DNA of 64,000 nucleotides from Rhizobium sp. Q54. GTDB lineage: Bacteria; Pseudomonadota; Alphaproteobacteria; Rickettsiales; UBA1997. The notes under the pieces are model-generated. The model was not told where the DNA came from. It ran no database searches and saw only the letters and a program-made list of their open reading frames with translations. A program made the translations under genes and the position numbers. Positions 31,004 through 40,075 of the stretch are shown here, in pieces. Position 1 is the first letter of the stretch; each line of letters starts with the position of its first letter. Location: positions 3,632 through 67,631 of the forward strand of contig CAMBXE010000002.1 in the NCBI GenBank assembly GCA_945871805.1, given 5' to 3'.

Positions 31004-31524
31004 ACATCAACGTAACTGCCGCGATGGTAGCGATGCTGGCGCAGAGTGCCTTCAAGAGTGAATCCGCATTTCAGTAAGAGATTTTTTGAGGCGATGTTGG
31101 CGCAAGATGCTGAAGCTTCGATTCGATTAACTCTAAGCACATCAAAAGCGTAATTAACCACAACAGTAAGGGCGCGAGTGCTGATGCCGCGGCGCCAATA
31201 TTCGCTGGCTAAATCGTAACTTATTTCGATACGACCCTGGTAAGTGTTGTGACTAGTGAGGCCAATCGAGCCAATCATTTGATTCGTTTGTTTGTCGGCG
31301 ATGGCAAAATAAATTCCGTCATTTTGGTAAAATACTCCTCGCCAGTAACGCAACTCACGAGTGGCTTCTTCGATATTTTGCGGAATTTCGCAGAGAATGA
31401 ATTTACTTACTTTGGGGTCGGAGTAGTAGCGGAAAAAGTCTGGAACGTCGGATTCTTGTTTCTCGCGTAAAATAACGTCGCCGAGATCGAAGGTGGGGAA
31501 GATTTTTTGAGAAGTGGGATGCAT
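30910..31524 (-). CDS. GNAT family N-acetyltransferase (RimJ/RimL-like)
   Basis: 204 aa with GSIGLTSHNTYQGRIEISYDLASEYWRRGISTRAL. Its 3' end overlaps the ftsY 3' end convergently by 94 nt. Confidence 0.75.
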   Translation of the reverse strand: MHPTSQKIFPTFDLGDVILREKQESDVPDFFRYYSDPKVSKFILCEIPQNIEEATRELRYWRGVFYQNDGIYFAIADKQTNQMIGSIGLTSHNTYQGRIEISYDLASEYWRRGISTRALTVVVNYAFDVLRVNRIEASASCANIASKNLLLKCGFTLEGTLRQHRYHRGSYVDVYFFSILRSDRANISASNSCKSSDFSPTPIA

Positions 31525-31650
31525 AATAAATTTAGTATTTTGATGCGGACGGGATGGCGCGCATTCGCGCTTACAATTTTCGATTTCGCTAAATTCAGCT
31601 TCGCTTCATTAAGCTCAATGGCGAAAATTGTCGAACCCAATCAAGAGTTT

Positions 31651-31674
31651 GGGGTTATCCCTTTCTATCCGCCA
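31651..31674 (+). other. tRNA-Ser 3'-end fragment (T-arm and acceptor remnant)
   Basis: ggggttatccctttctatccgcca compares with the tRNA-Ser(GGA) 3' end gggttcgaatccctctctatccgcca. The last 18 nt differ at one position. Its orientation is inverted relative to the intact tRNA at 38206-38297. Confidence 0.75.
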
Positions 31675-31724
31675 AATAAAAAAGCCGGCCCAAAATATTT
31701 TGGGCCGGCTTTTTTATTTGGCGG
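31669..31724. terminator. 56-bp perfect palindrome; likely a bidirectional intrinsic terminator
   Basis: Sequence ccgccaaataaaaaagccggcccaaaat|attttgggccggcttttttatttggcgg. The GC-rich core stem gccggccc/gggccggc is flanked by an A-run and a T-run. Confidence 0.7.
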
Positions 31725-31877
31725 AGCATGCAATACCTCTTGCTAACTTTTCTCCGTTTTTGTGTAGCTAGTGATTGCAAGGCTTCAGATCCAGTTTTAT
31801 GTTAACCAAAAAGTTCGAGAAATTTCAACCGATAGGCGGATGATACTCGGTGCGAACTGATGATGAGCCTTTGAATT

Positions 31878-33611
31878 TTACAAATCTCTGCCACTCGTTT
31901 CTAGTCGTTTACCAGGTATTTTACTTGCCCAAGCCTGCCTTATGGCCTTAGATTCTGGCGTGTGTTGCTGATCCCCTATTCCAAGTTCCTCCTCTAAATT
32001 TGGCATAACAGAGCCATGAATTTCTGCCCGCGCTGTTCTGAGCCGCGCTTGTAAATCTTGCTCTGCCGTAGTTTTGGGATTTGACTCTTCGTTAGATTGA
32101 CCAATTCTCTCCACATCCCTTGATGCTGTAGTAGATTCTAACTTTTCGTGAGTCGATAAGAATTGCGATAATTCACTTAAAATATTTGCTGCAGCCGCCC
32201 TTTCTTCCTCAAACATTGGTCCAATTGCTTTATCAACAGCTGCAACTGTTTGAAATTCCTCAGCTATTTTGGCGCTATCAATTACCCCATCTTCCTTTAA
32301 ATAATTATCTTTTAAAAACTCTTTAACCCTTGCACTAGCTGGTTTGAAAGAGTCAAAAATTACTTTACGAGTTTCTGCAAAATTTTCGGGAAGCCTTTCA
32401 TTCTCAATTAAAAATTTTTCAGCCTCGCCACTTTTTGCACCAGCAAATCTAGTTTTTTCTTCTTCAGTTAATTTTGAATTAACAAATTCTTTTAAAATTT
32501 CCGCTGGAACTGTTTCTGCTTTGTCGGTAAAAAGTGAAGAGACCAGATAATCATTTTTCTGCATGAAGACGTTTGTCTTCAGCTCCCCATCAATTTTTAT
32601 ATCAGATCTTAGTTGATCAAAACTGCATGGCATTAGCACTGCCATTGAAGCAAAATTTCCAGGAAATAGTCCAGTATGTTTCATCACGCATTCTTGAGCA
32701 TTTGCAAATTCAACTTCAACTCCTAGCGAATAGTGATTGGAGTCACCCAGTTGGCGACGATAAAGCCCTGATACGATTTCCGGTTTGTTGGTTAAGGAAT
32801 TTGCCTGACCAGTTACCATTTTTCCCAATTCTTGAGAGAATTTTTGTAAATCATCAACGCTGGAATAAAGCCCTCCACATGAAGCATGCACTGCTCCCAA
32901 AGGCGCAGTGTGATTGGCAGGAAATTCTGTGAGGACTTGAACGATTTTATCGCTATGAGGATTTTCTTTACTGCCAGGAATAAAAACTGCTCGACCTAGA
33001 TGTAAGTCTGCTTCTTGTGATTTTGCGTCTGATTTGTCTTCCAATAATCCAGTGTTTTGAAGCCCAAGTGGTTTAACAATTCTGTCTTGTAATTCTTGCT
33101 TGTAACCCCCAGCTCTAACCGAAGTGAGATTGATGACCTCTTCCAGCAAAGTGTAGCCGACATTTGAATAACGATGCTCACCGCGTTTACATTCTTCACG
33201 CCCTAAATTTCCTCCGCGTCCCAAATGGTCTGAAAAAAATTCTAAAGGTGATTGCCCCTTGCAAGCAGATGGCGCAAGTTCATCAGCATCCTTGCAACCA
33301 CTGCGATGGGTTAATAATTCGGAAATTGTAACATCGCCAAAACCACGATCTTGAAGCATCTGCTGATATTCATCAATTTTTTCTGCGCGAGCTGGATGCT
33401 GTGTTTTGGCACTCTCTAACACCTCTTGCAAAGTTGTATCAATTCCATTGTCACCAAATTCACCACCAGCAGACATCAAAGCACAAACTGCGCCACAGAA
33501 ACTTTTTGAGATGCTGGCAATTGGAAATGGCGTATTGCGGGCTTCGTTAGAAGAGTCTGGATCAACCCTCTCTAAAACTGACAGACCTTTGTATTTGGAC
33601 TCTCTTGGCAT
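31878..33611 (-). CDS. beta-lactamase-fold serine hydrolase (class C / esterase-like) with a long C-terminal extension
   Basis: 577 aa. SxxK motif (PIASISKSF), Y-x-N motif (YSNVGYTLL) and LLTHRSG. The C-terminal ~250 aa has no motif I recognise. Confidence 0.7.
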   Translation of the reverse strand: MPRESKYKGLSVLERVDPDSSNEARNTPFPIASISKSFCGAVCALMSAGGEFGDNGIDTTLQEVLESAKTQHPARAEKIDEYQQMLQDRGFGDVTISELLTHRSGCKDADELAPSACKGQSPLEFFSDHLGRGGNLGREECKRGEHRYSNVGYTLLEEVINLTSVRAGGYKQELQDRIVKPLGLQNTGLLEDKSDAKSQEADLHLGRAVFIPGSKENPHSDKIVQVLTEFPANHTAPLGAVHASCGGLYSSVDDLQKFSQELGKMVTGQANSLTNKPEIVSGLYRRQLGDSNHYSLGVEVEFANAQECVMKHTGLFPGNFASMAVLMPCSFDQLRSDIKIDGELKTNVFMQKNDYLVSSLFTDKAETVPAEILKEFVNSKLTEEEKTRFAGAKSGEAEKFLIENERLPENFAETRKVIFDSFKPASARVKEFLKDNYLKEDGVIDSAKIAEEFQTVAAVDKAIGPMFEEERAAAANILSELSQFLSTHEKLESTTASRDVERIGQSNEESNPKTTAEQDLQARLRTARAEIHGSVMPNLEEELGIGDQQHTPESKAIRQAWASKIPGKRLETSGRDL

Positions 33612-34126
33612 TTTTACGATATGAAAATTAAGTTCATTTTTCTTGGTACAAAATTTTTGGCTGACAGGAGATTGTAGTAAAATTTAGATATGGTAAAAAA
33701 TAATTTCCAAATCTCCGTTTTACGTTAACCGAATTTCAATCAGTAGTATCAAGGCTTTGTAGAGTTAGCAGTAGAAAAAATACCAATCAATTCTCCTTTT
33801 TGATAAAGAAATGCGGTTTTTAAAAATCTCTTCCGAGGTTTTTTGATAACAAACAGCCTACCTCGGTTAAGTATTGGCAAGTGTTACTGTGGATTTTTCT
33901 ATGCTAGAGAGCGAAGGATCATGAAGGCTATTTTTGGGGAAAGCTTAACTAAAAAATGCCAAAAAGTTCGTTTGAGGTATCGCATGATATGGTGGAGCGG
34001 TGAGTCCACACTGGGTAGTTTGAAGGCTTGATAACAAAGGATCTAGCTGAGTTTAGAAATGAAATACACCCCCATTTATACCCCCAAAGTTTTTTCTAAC
34101 TCCTTTTTCAGGGATGGGAAATTGAG

Positions 34127-34683
34127 CTAATTTTTAAAGTCGTTCTCAATCCTATTCAAATCATTTTCCCATTTAGATTGCAGAACCAAATCAAACGCAA
34201 CCTCATCTTTTTCTTGAACCAGTTTAACCTCACCAACTTCAACAAACTTTTCTTCTAAGTGAGAATTGAGAACGGAAAAAAGAGATTTGATGTATTCGGT
34301 TTTTTCATTACCATCAAGATGATCTCCTTTCGCTTCAACAAACTGCATTTTGACCTTTCCGGCTTTGTTTGAGTAAGCGATTAAAAAGTCAGGGTAGAGC
34401 CTTTCTTTTCTCCATCCGCAAACAGCGTATTCACTGCCTTTAACATTATCTCTACTAACCCTTAATTCTATTAGCCTCGTTCTGCGCTTCGCTCCGTCAG
34501 CGTATGCGTGCTACGCTTCCCGGTGTGGTGCTCGCTCGAGGCTAATAGAATTAAGGCTTAGCGAGATACTGTCACAGTTCTAATGACGGATCTGGGTTCA
34601 ACAAAAGTATTTAAAGCAATTGAATTTATTTCGTGTTTTTCTTCTACATTTTCGAAATGTATTGGCAGTGGGTAGGATTGCAT
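34127..34683 (-). pseudogene. small PD-(D/E)XK restriction-endonuclease-like gene disrupted by a MITE-D insertion
   Basis: The ATG at 34683 lies 1 nt after the Fic-MerR stop. Translation MQSYPLPIHFENVEEKHEINSIALNTFV runs into MITE-D and terminates. Beyond the element the frame resumes as KGSEYAVCGWRKERLYPDFLIAYSNKAGKVKMQFVEAKGDHL..., which carries the PD...ExK motif. Confidence 0.6.
34444..34598. mobile_element. MITE-D copy, truncated at the left end
   Basis: It matches copies 1 and 3 from cattatctctactaaccc to attctaatgacggatctgggtt (this copy reads agttctaatgacggatctgggtt). About 26 nt containing the left terminal inverted repeat are missing. Confidence 0.85.
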
Positions 34684-34684
34684 A

Positions 34685-35671
34685 TCACTCGACTATTTTA
34701 AGTTTGATTTCCTCAAGCATCATTCTTTTTTCTTTCATTTCCTGAATCTTTTTTATCCTACTGATCATTTCTTCACTATACATTTGATAACCAGATTCGG
34801 TCACCTCTGCAACTTGTAACAACCCTTCTTTCGTCCAATGCCTAATAGTTGGAACGGTTTGATTTGTTGCTTTGGCAAGCTCACCAATTTTTAGAAGTTT
34901 TTCGCTTTCAGGCTCTTCGCTTTTGCCTTCGATTGCTTTGAGATAAATGTCGAGCGAACGATCAGCTGCTGCTGCGATTAGTTTGAAGTAATCATTCTTT
35001 GAATCTCCTTCGCCATTAACAAGCTGAGGTTTTTCTAAAGATTTGATGTAAGCCAAACGATCATTTTTTCTGATGATTGCTGATGGATAACCTTTCATCA
35101 TCAGAATCATATTCATTAGCAAGCGACCGGTGCGACCGTTGCCATCAATGAAAGGATGAATTGTCACGAAGCGATAATGCGCTTCGGCAGCAAGTTCAAC
35201 AGTGTGCATTTTAGTTTCGTTTTCAATCCAGGAAAAAAACTCATCCATTAAGGTTTGAACTTTTCTAGGATTAGGCAGAACAACAGCAGAACCAGAAATA
35301 CGAACGGGAACGCGGCGATAGATTCCGGAATTTTCTTTATCGATCCGATCTAAAATAATTTCATGAATTCTGAGGATGTCTCTTTCTCTGAGATCTGATG
35401 GTTTGCGCTTGATTTGTTCTTTGATAAAATCCAGAGCAGCAGCATGATTTGTTGCCTCAAGATGTTCAGTGATTGATTTACCGCCGATGGTTAAGCCTTT
35501 CTCAACTACTAAAGCAGTTTCAGCGCGTGATAAAGTATTTCCTTCGATGGCGTTGCTGGTGTAAGTAAGTTCGATTCTAAACCACTCTTCCAGATTCTTT
35601 ACCAACGCAGCATCCAAAGGTCTGTGCTTATCTAATATTTTCTTTTTTTCGGTTAGCTTTTTGTAATCCAT
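34685..35671 (-). CDS. Fic-domain protein (AMPylase-type motif) fused to a C-terminal MerR-type HTH
   Basis: 328 aa. Fic motif HPFIDGNGRTGR, inhibitory-helix motif SNAIEG, and C-terminal LLKIGELAKATNQTVPTIRHWTKEGLL (MerR HTH). Confidence 0.85.
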   Translation of the reverse strand: MDYKKLTEKKKILDKHRPLDAALVKNLEEWFRIELTYTSNAIEGNTLSRAETALVVEKGLTIGGKSITEHLEATNHAAALDFIKEQIKRKPSDLRERDILRIHEIILDRIDKENSGIYRRVPVRISGSAVVLPNPRKVQTLMDEFFSWIENETKMHTVELAAEAHYRFVTIHPFIDGNGRTGRLLMNMILMMKGYPSAIIRKNDRLAYIKSLEKPQLVNGEGDSKNDYFKLIAAAADRSLDIYLKAIEGKSEEPESEKLLKIGELAKATNQTVPTIRHWTKEGLLQVAEVTESGYQMYSEEMISRIKKIQEMKEKRMMLEEIKLKIVE

Positions 35672-35763
35672 TTTTTACCTTACAGTTTTTATGATTCATA
35701 AACTATAAAGTATAACCTTATGGTTTTCAATGGATAAATTTTAGTTTTTTAGCAAATGGAGAA

Positions 35764-36178
35764 AAAAGTTCGCAAATTGTATCTCATCCTAACCACTTTT
35801 TAGGTAAAAACTCGGTAAACGTGAAAGGATAAAAAAACTCGATGCAGTAGAATAGATGGTTCAGAAGCTCAAAAAAAGTAAAGGTGAAACGGAGAATGGG
35901 AGAAAAAAGTTCGCAAATCGTATGGCGGAGGGAGCGACCCCATTTGCGAACTTTTCTCTGTTTTTCTAGAGCCTTTATTTGTAAGGGTTTGAAGGCTATT
36001 TCAAGTACACCGAAAAGTTCGCAATCGGTCAAGCGGTATAGCAAGCGAATTTTCGAACTTTTTCTCCGACCACTCACGGAAGCCTTGATTATCTAAGTCA
36101 TTTCATGTTCACCTTCTGATCGATCAGAAATTTCAAAAAATACAAAGTTTTGCCTATTTTTGCCAAAAGTTCGCAAAT
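35764..36178. repeat. Array of the 14-nt motif AAAAGTTCGCAAAT (six copies, both orientations) upstream of the Fic-MerR gene
   Basis: Forward copies at 35764, 35905, 36013 and 36165. Inverted copies at 35942 and 36049 (degenerate). 35905-35955 forms a 14-nt perfect inverted repeat. Further copies are at 38027 and 31809 (degenerate). Confidence 0.8.
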
Positions 36179-36216
36179 GGGGTCACTTGCCTGAGCGGTG
36201 TTCATTGAGAACTTTT

Positions 36217-37749
36217 TTACAATTCATGAGCTCCGCCAGGACTTGTCATTTTGCCATACTTTCCAGCTTGCGCAGCTTCGACAAATGATCTCGGTTTTTT
36301 TGCTTTTTCCAAAGAAGTCAGCTCTCTTAATAAATTTGTATCATTTTCTTCTCTGACTTTATCGGGATGAAATTCTGCTTTTCTCAAAGCGCCCAACAAT
36401 TCTTCCTTGGTATATTTTTCTAATAATTCTTGGTTAATTTCATACAAGCGTGAATGTCTTGCATCGTCCGTATTTTCAATTCTTCCTTCGCAAATTTCTG
36501 ACTCAAGTTTTGCTCTGGCAAAATATGTTGTAAGATTTTGACAACTCACCAAACAACAAGCGGCTTTACCATTTCTGTATCCGATCCAGCCAGAATAGCC
36601 TGCGGTTCTTGCTCCATGATATTGTAACTTGTTTCCTCCATCAGGATTAACCCAAAACATGAAACCAACTCCATAGTTATCGCTTCCTTTGTCATCTTTC
36701 TTTTCTACTCTTTCTACAACAATACCATCCTCATTTCTTTTTACCTCAACCTGCAGAACCTCATGAGATTGTTGCAATTTTATCGTTTCTGTTTTTTCAA
36801 AAAATCCACCCTCTGTAGAAGTTTTGTTACTAAAAACTGCCCTTACAAATCTGCATAAATCAAGCGGAGTAGAATAAGTTCCAGAAGTTGCTATGCAGCG
36901 GTGAAAAACTAGCGATTCAGTAATTTTTCCATCGTAATTACAATCATAGCCTCTGGCAATTTTTTGATCAGGAAATCCATCTACTTCTACTCGCTCTTCA
37001 CCACCCAATTTTAACTGATCTGATGTAAAGGTTCTGGTCATTCCTAATGGCTTAATCACCAAATCTCTCATGGCTTGACCGCAAGTAACAATATCGCCAC
37101 CGGCTTTTTTTGAGGCATCGCTTGCAATCGCAGATATCAACATTCCAAGTAACTCATATCCAACATCACTATATTCATACTTGCCCCACTCTCCAGAGGC
37201 TCTAACTGGTTCTAGAAATTTTCCATCCGCTGCTTTACTTAAAGATTCTGCGGATTCAAATCGTAACTTTTGTCCAAAAGTTTTGCCGTCAAAGCTTACA
37301 ATTCCTGAAGTGTGAGTAATTAAATCTTTTATAGAAATTCTTGGATCCTCTACTCTAAGCCTTCCACTTTTTATATAATCTAATTCTGGATAGCGGCTTT
37401 CAAGAAATGAATAAAGATTTGACAGCTTTGTTTCCAAGCCATCGTGGAAGTATTCTGCAAATTTATCAATTTCAATCATCTTTAAAATTGTCGCTACAGT
37501 AATTGGTTTGGTGATACTAGCGATGTTAAAAATTGTTTCTGGATCAATTGCCTGTGCGTGAGAATCAAAACAATCTTGACTTGATTTTGTCGCGATACTT
37601 GCGTCACCACTTTCATTGATAAGCGCGGCCGATAGACCATAAGCGGACTGACTAAGTCAATCTAAATGTTCAAAATAAAATTCTGCAGGTAGTACCTCTC
37701 CTCTGAGTAAAGACTTTGCTACTAGAGCTGGATTATAGGCTTTCGTCAT
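36217..37749 (-). pseudogene. beta-lactamase-fold serine hydrolase paralog interrupted by one in-frame TGA
   Basis: From the ATG at 37749: MTKAYNPALVAKSLLRGEVLPAEFYFEHLD, then TGA (37659-37657), then LSQSAYGLSAAL...NIASITKPITVATILKMIEID in the same frame as the 420-aa track ORF. The SxxK serine lies upstream of the first usable start after the stop. Confidence 0.7.
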
Positions 37750-38205
37750 TTTATTTAGTAAAATTTTATGAAAAAATCAGTTGGTTAGGTTGCGCCAATA
37801 TTTGAATAAAGTCATTACCTTAAAATGTGGCAGCAGATGAAAAGTTTGGTTTTGATGTGAAAAAATCTTTTACCAAAGATTGAAGTTAGTTAAAAAATTC
37901 TCCAAATCTCCGTTTCACGTTCACCGAATTTTGATCAGCAGTATCAAGGCTTTGTGCAATACCATCTACCGAAATATTCTCCGATTTTCTTCATTTCCAA
38001 AGAATTTCAACTACACCTTCTCCGTCAAAAGTTCGCAAATTGGGCCTCTTGCCTAGGAAGTGATTTTTGGTTTTATTTTTATGAAATTTATTTTCGGTGT
38101 ACTTCGATCTACAGTGGTCGGAGGGGGTGTGGAGACGAGTTCGCAATGAAATGCGCAAAAATCTGAAAATCTCTGGAGCCTTATGGCTCTAGGATCGGGG
38201 AGGTA

Positions 38206-38297
38206 TGGCGGATAGAGAGGGATTCGAACCCTCGATAGAGTTTTATCCCTATACACGCTTTCCAAGCGTGCGCCTTCAGCCACTCGGCCATCCATCC
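38206..38297 (-). tRNA. tRNA-Ser (anticodon GGA)
   Basis: 92 nt. 7-bp acceptor stem GGATGGA/TCTATCC, anticodon stem CACGC/GCGTG with loop TTGGAAA, long variable arm, T-arm GAGGG TTCGAAT CCCTC, and an encoded CCA. Confidence 0.9.
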
Positions 38298-38302
38298 ATT
38301 AT

Positions 38303-39877
38303 TTACTTGTTGATATACTTACGTTTGCTTGGATCGAAATTTTTCTGAATATCGCGATCTATTTTATCTACCGGGGTACCGCTATTGATGATAGTTGCTT
38401 TGATAAAGATCACGGTTTCGGTAACACCAGAGCTGCGAGACATCGATTTAAAGAGCCAGCCAAGAACTGGAATGCGCCCTAGAAAAGGAATGCCAGAATC
38501 CGCATTGGATGATTCATCTTTCATCAAGCCTCCAATAACCAAAACACTTCCACTTTGAATTTTGGCAGAAGTTTCGACTTCTCTAGATTGAATCACTGGA
38601 ACCCTGTTCTCAACCGTCACGTTGCCCGAGCTATCTTTTGGTGAGGCCGGATCTACAACCCAAGATTGAAAGACTGATAATTTTGGCTTGATGCTCATAA
38701 AAATCTCGTTGGTTCGTAGATTTATTGAGGGCGTTATCTCCAAAGATACACCAGTATTTTCTTCTAGTTTAGTTGAAGTGGTGGTTGAGGCAACTAGAGC
38801 GGTAGTGCCTCCGGTGGATGAAGTGTTGCTTTGAGTTTGTTGTATTTGGAAATAAACTAATTTATCGATGAAGTTAAGGGTCGCTTTTTGATTGTTAACT
38901 GCATTAACGCGAGGACTGGAGATGGTTTTGGATGCGCCAAATTTTTCGAGTGCAGCAATCGAAAGAGTGAAGTCCGCTCCAGAGAATACCGTAGTTATGG
39001 CAAAGGAAGATGGGGAAGCTGGAGCTATGTATCCTCCATAGTTGGAAAAGTTGCTATCACCATTTCGACCCCAATTAATGCCGGATTTGTACTCTTTATT
39101 TAAGGTTACCTCGATTACTTTGGCCTCAATTAGCACTTGGGCAGAAGAATATTTCTCAACATCAGCTAAATATTTTGCTACCTCTTGATGCTGTTTTTCG
39201 GTCGCATAAACCGCGATAATTCCGGCAGATTTGTTTGAAGTAAAAGGTGCCGCACTGCTGCTCGAAGAAGAAGAGCCTCCGGATTCTGAATTTAAAATTG
39301 CAGTGAGACTGGTTTCAACATCAGCCCAGACGGTTCCGTTAACGAGATAATCAACAAAATAATTTTTCATGTAAGGTTCGTCATACTCAAAATGAAGCAC
39401 GCCGTTACTGTAAGAGTAGCGAAGACCACCAAGAGTTGCGATGCGGTCAATTACTTCTTTTAGTGGGCGATTTTTTGCATTTAAAATGATGCCACCAGAA
39501 ATGCTTGGATCGATGTCGACATCGATGTGCACCATGCGTCCAAATTCAATCAACGCATCTTTCAGAGGCACTTGATCAGTTACTGAAAAAGAAATAATTT
39601 TATCTCCGCCAACTACCGGGGGCGGGGGAGAAACAATTAATTTTGAAAGCTTAGGAATTGGCGCGTCTTTCGGGGCTTTTTCTGCAGATGCTTTAGCTGA
39701 CTTTTCTTCATCGCTGCGTTTTTTAATAATCGTATCAAACGCTTCTTCGCGAGTGAGCCCGGTATCTGCGTCGAATGGGTCAATTCTTCCGCCAGAGCAA
39801 GAAGGCATGCAAATAGGCAGAGATAAAATCAGTGAAAAACACAGAAATTTTCTTATTAGGTGAGCTAGTCTAGACAC
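38303..39877 (-). CDS. secretin-family outer-membrane lipoprotein (PilQ/GspD/MshL-like)
   Basis: 524 aa with a GTG start and lipobox LPICMPSC|SGG. C-terminal secretin block VLVIGGLMKDESSNADSGIPFLGRIPVLGWLFKS..TETVIFIKATII. No partner pilus or T2SS genes are adjacent. Confidence 0.8.
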   Translation of the reverse strand: MSRLAHLIRKFLCFSLILSLPICMPSCSGGRIDPFDADTGLTREEAFDTIIKKRSDEEKSAKASAEKAPKDAPIPKLSKLIVSPPPPVVGGDKIISFSVTDQVPLKDALIEFGRMVHIDVDIDPSISGGIILNAKNRPLKEVIDRIATLGGLRYSYSNGVLHFEYDEPYMKNYFVDYLVNGTVWADVETSLTAILNSESGGSSSSSSSAAPFTSNKSAGIIAVYATEKQHQEVAKYLADVEKYSSAQVLIEAKVIEVTLNKEYKSGINWGRNGDSNFSNYGGYIAPASPSSFAITTVFSGADFTLSIAALEKFGASKTISSPRVNAVNNQKATLNFIDKLVYFQIQQTQSNTSSTGGTTALVASTTTSTKLEENTGVSLEITPSINLRTNEIFMSIKPKLSVFQSWVVDPASPKDSSGNVTVENRVPVIQSREVETSAKIQSGSVLVIGGLMKDESSNADSGIPFLGRIPVLGWLFKSMSRSSGVTETVIFIKATIINSGTPVDKIDRDIQKNFDPSKRKYINK

Positions 39878-40075
39878 TTGATTTTACTGGATAGATGAAT
39901 GTTTTTTGAAGAAGAATTTTCTTTGAAGCGCCCGAACCTATGGAGAAAGTTTTTTTAATCAACCTGCTTTGTTTTGCCGTTTCATTTCGACGTCAAAACT
40001 TGCTTTTGCGGAAGCTGTTCGTGAAAATAAAAATAATTATTTCCCCTAAAAAATAATCAAAAATCTTCAATAAAA

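Noticed and set aside
35784..36096. Two overlapping ~70-97-aa ORFs on opposite strands
   Set aside because: Both consist largely of translated AAAAGTTCGCAAAT motif copies (KSSQIV/KVRKW-type peptides) in a repeat array. There is no independent support for coding.
37657..37659. In-frame TGA read as a sense codon (genetic code 4 or 25) or as selenocysteine
   Set aside because: prfB retains its TGA-dependent frameshift site, and at least two genes here (the prfB leader, the Fic-MerR gene) end at TGA at expected lengths. I see no convincing SECIS-like hairpin just downstream and no sel genes in the window. A pseudogene or a sequencing error is more likely.
38053..38295. 80-aa minus-strand ORF
   Set aside because: Its 5' part is the tRNA-Ser gene itself.
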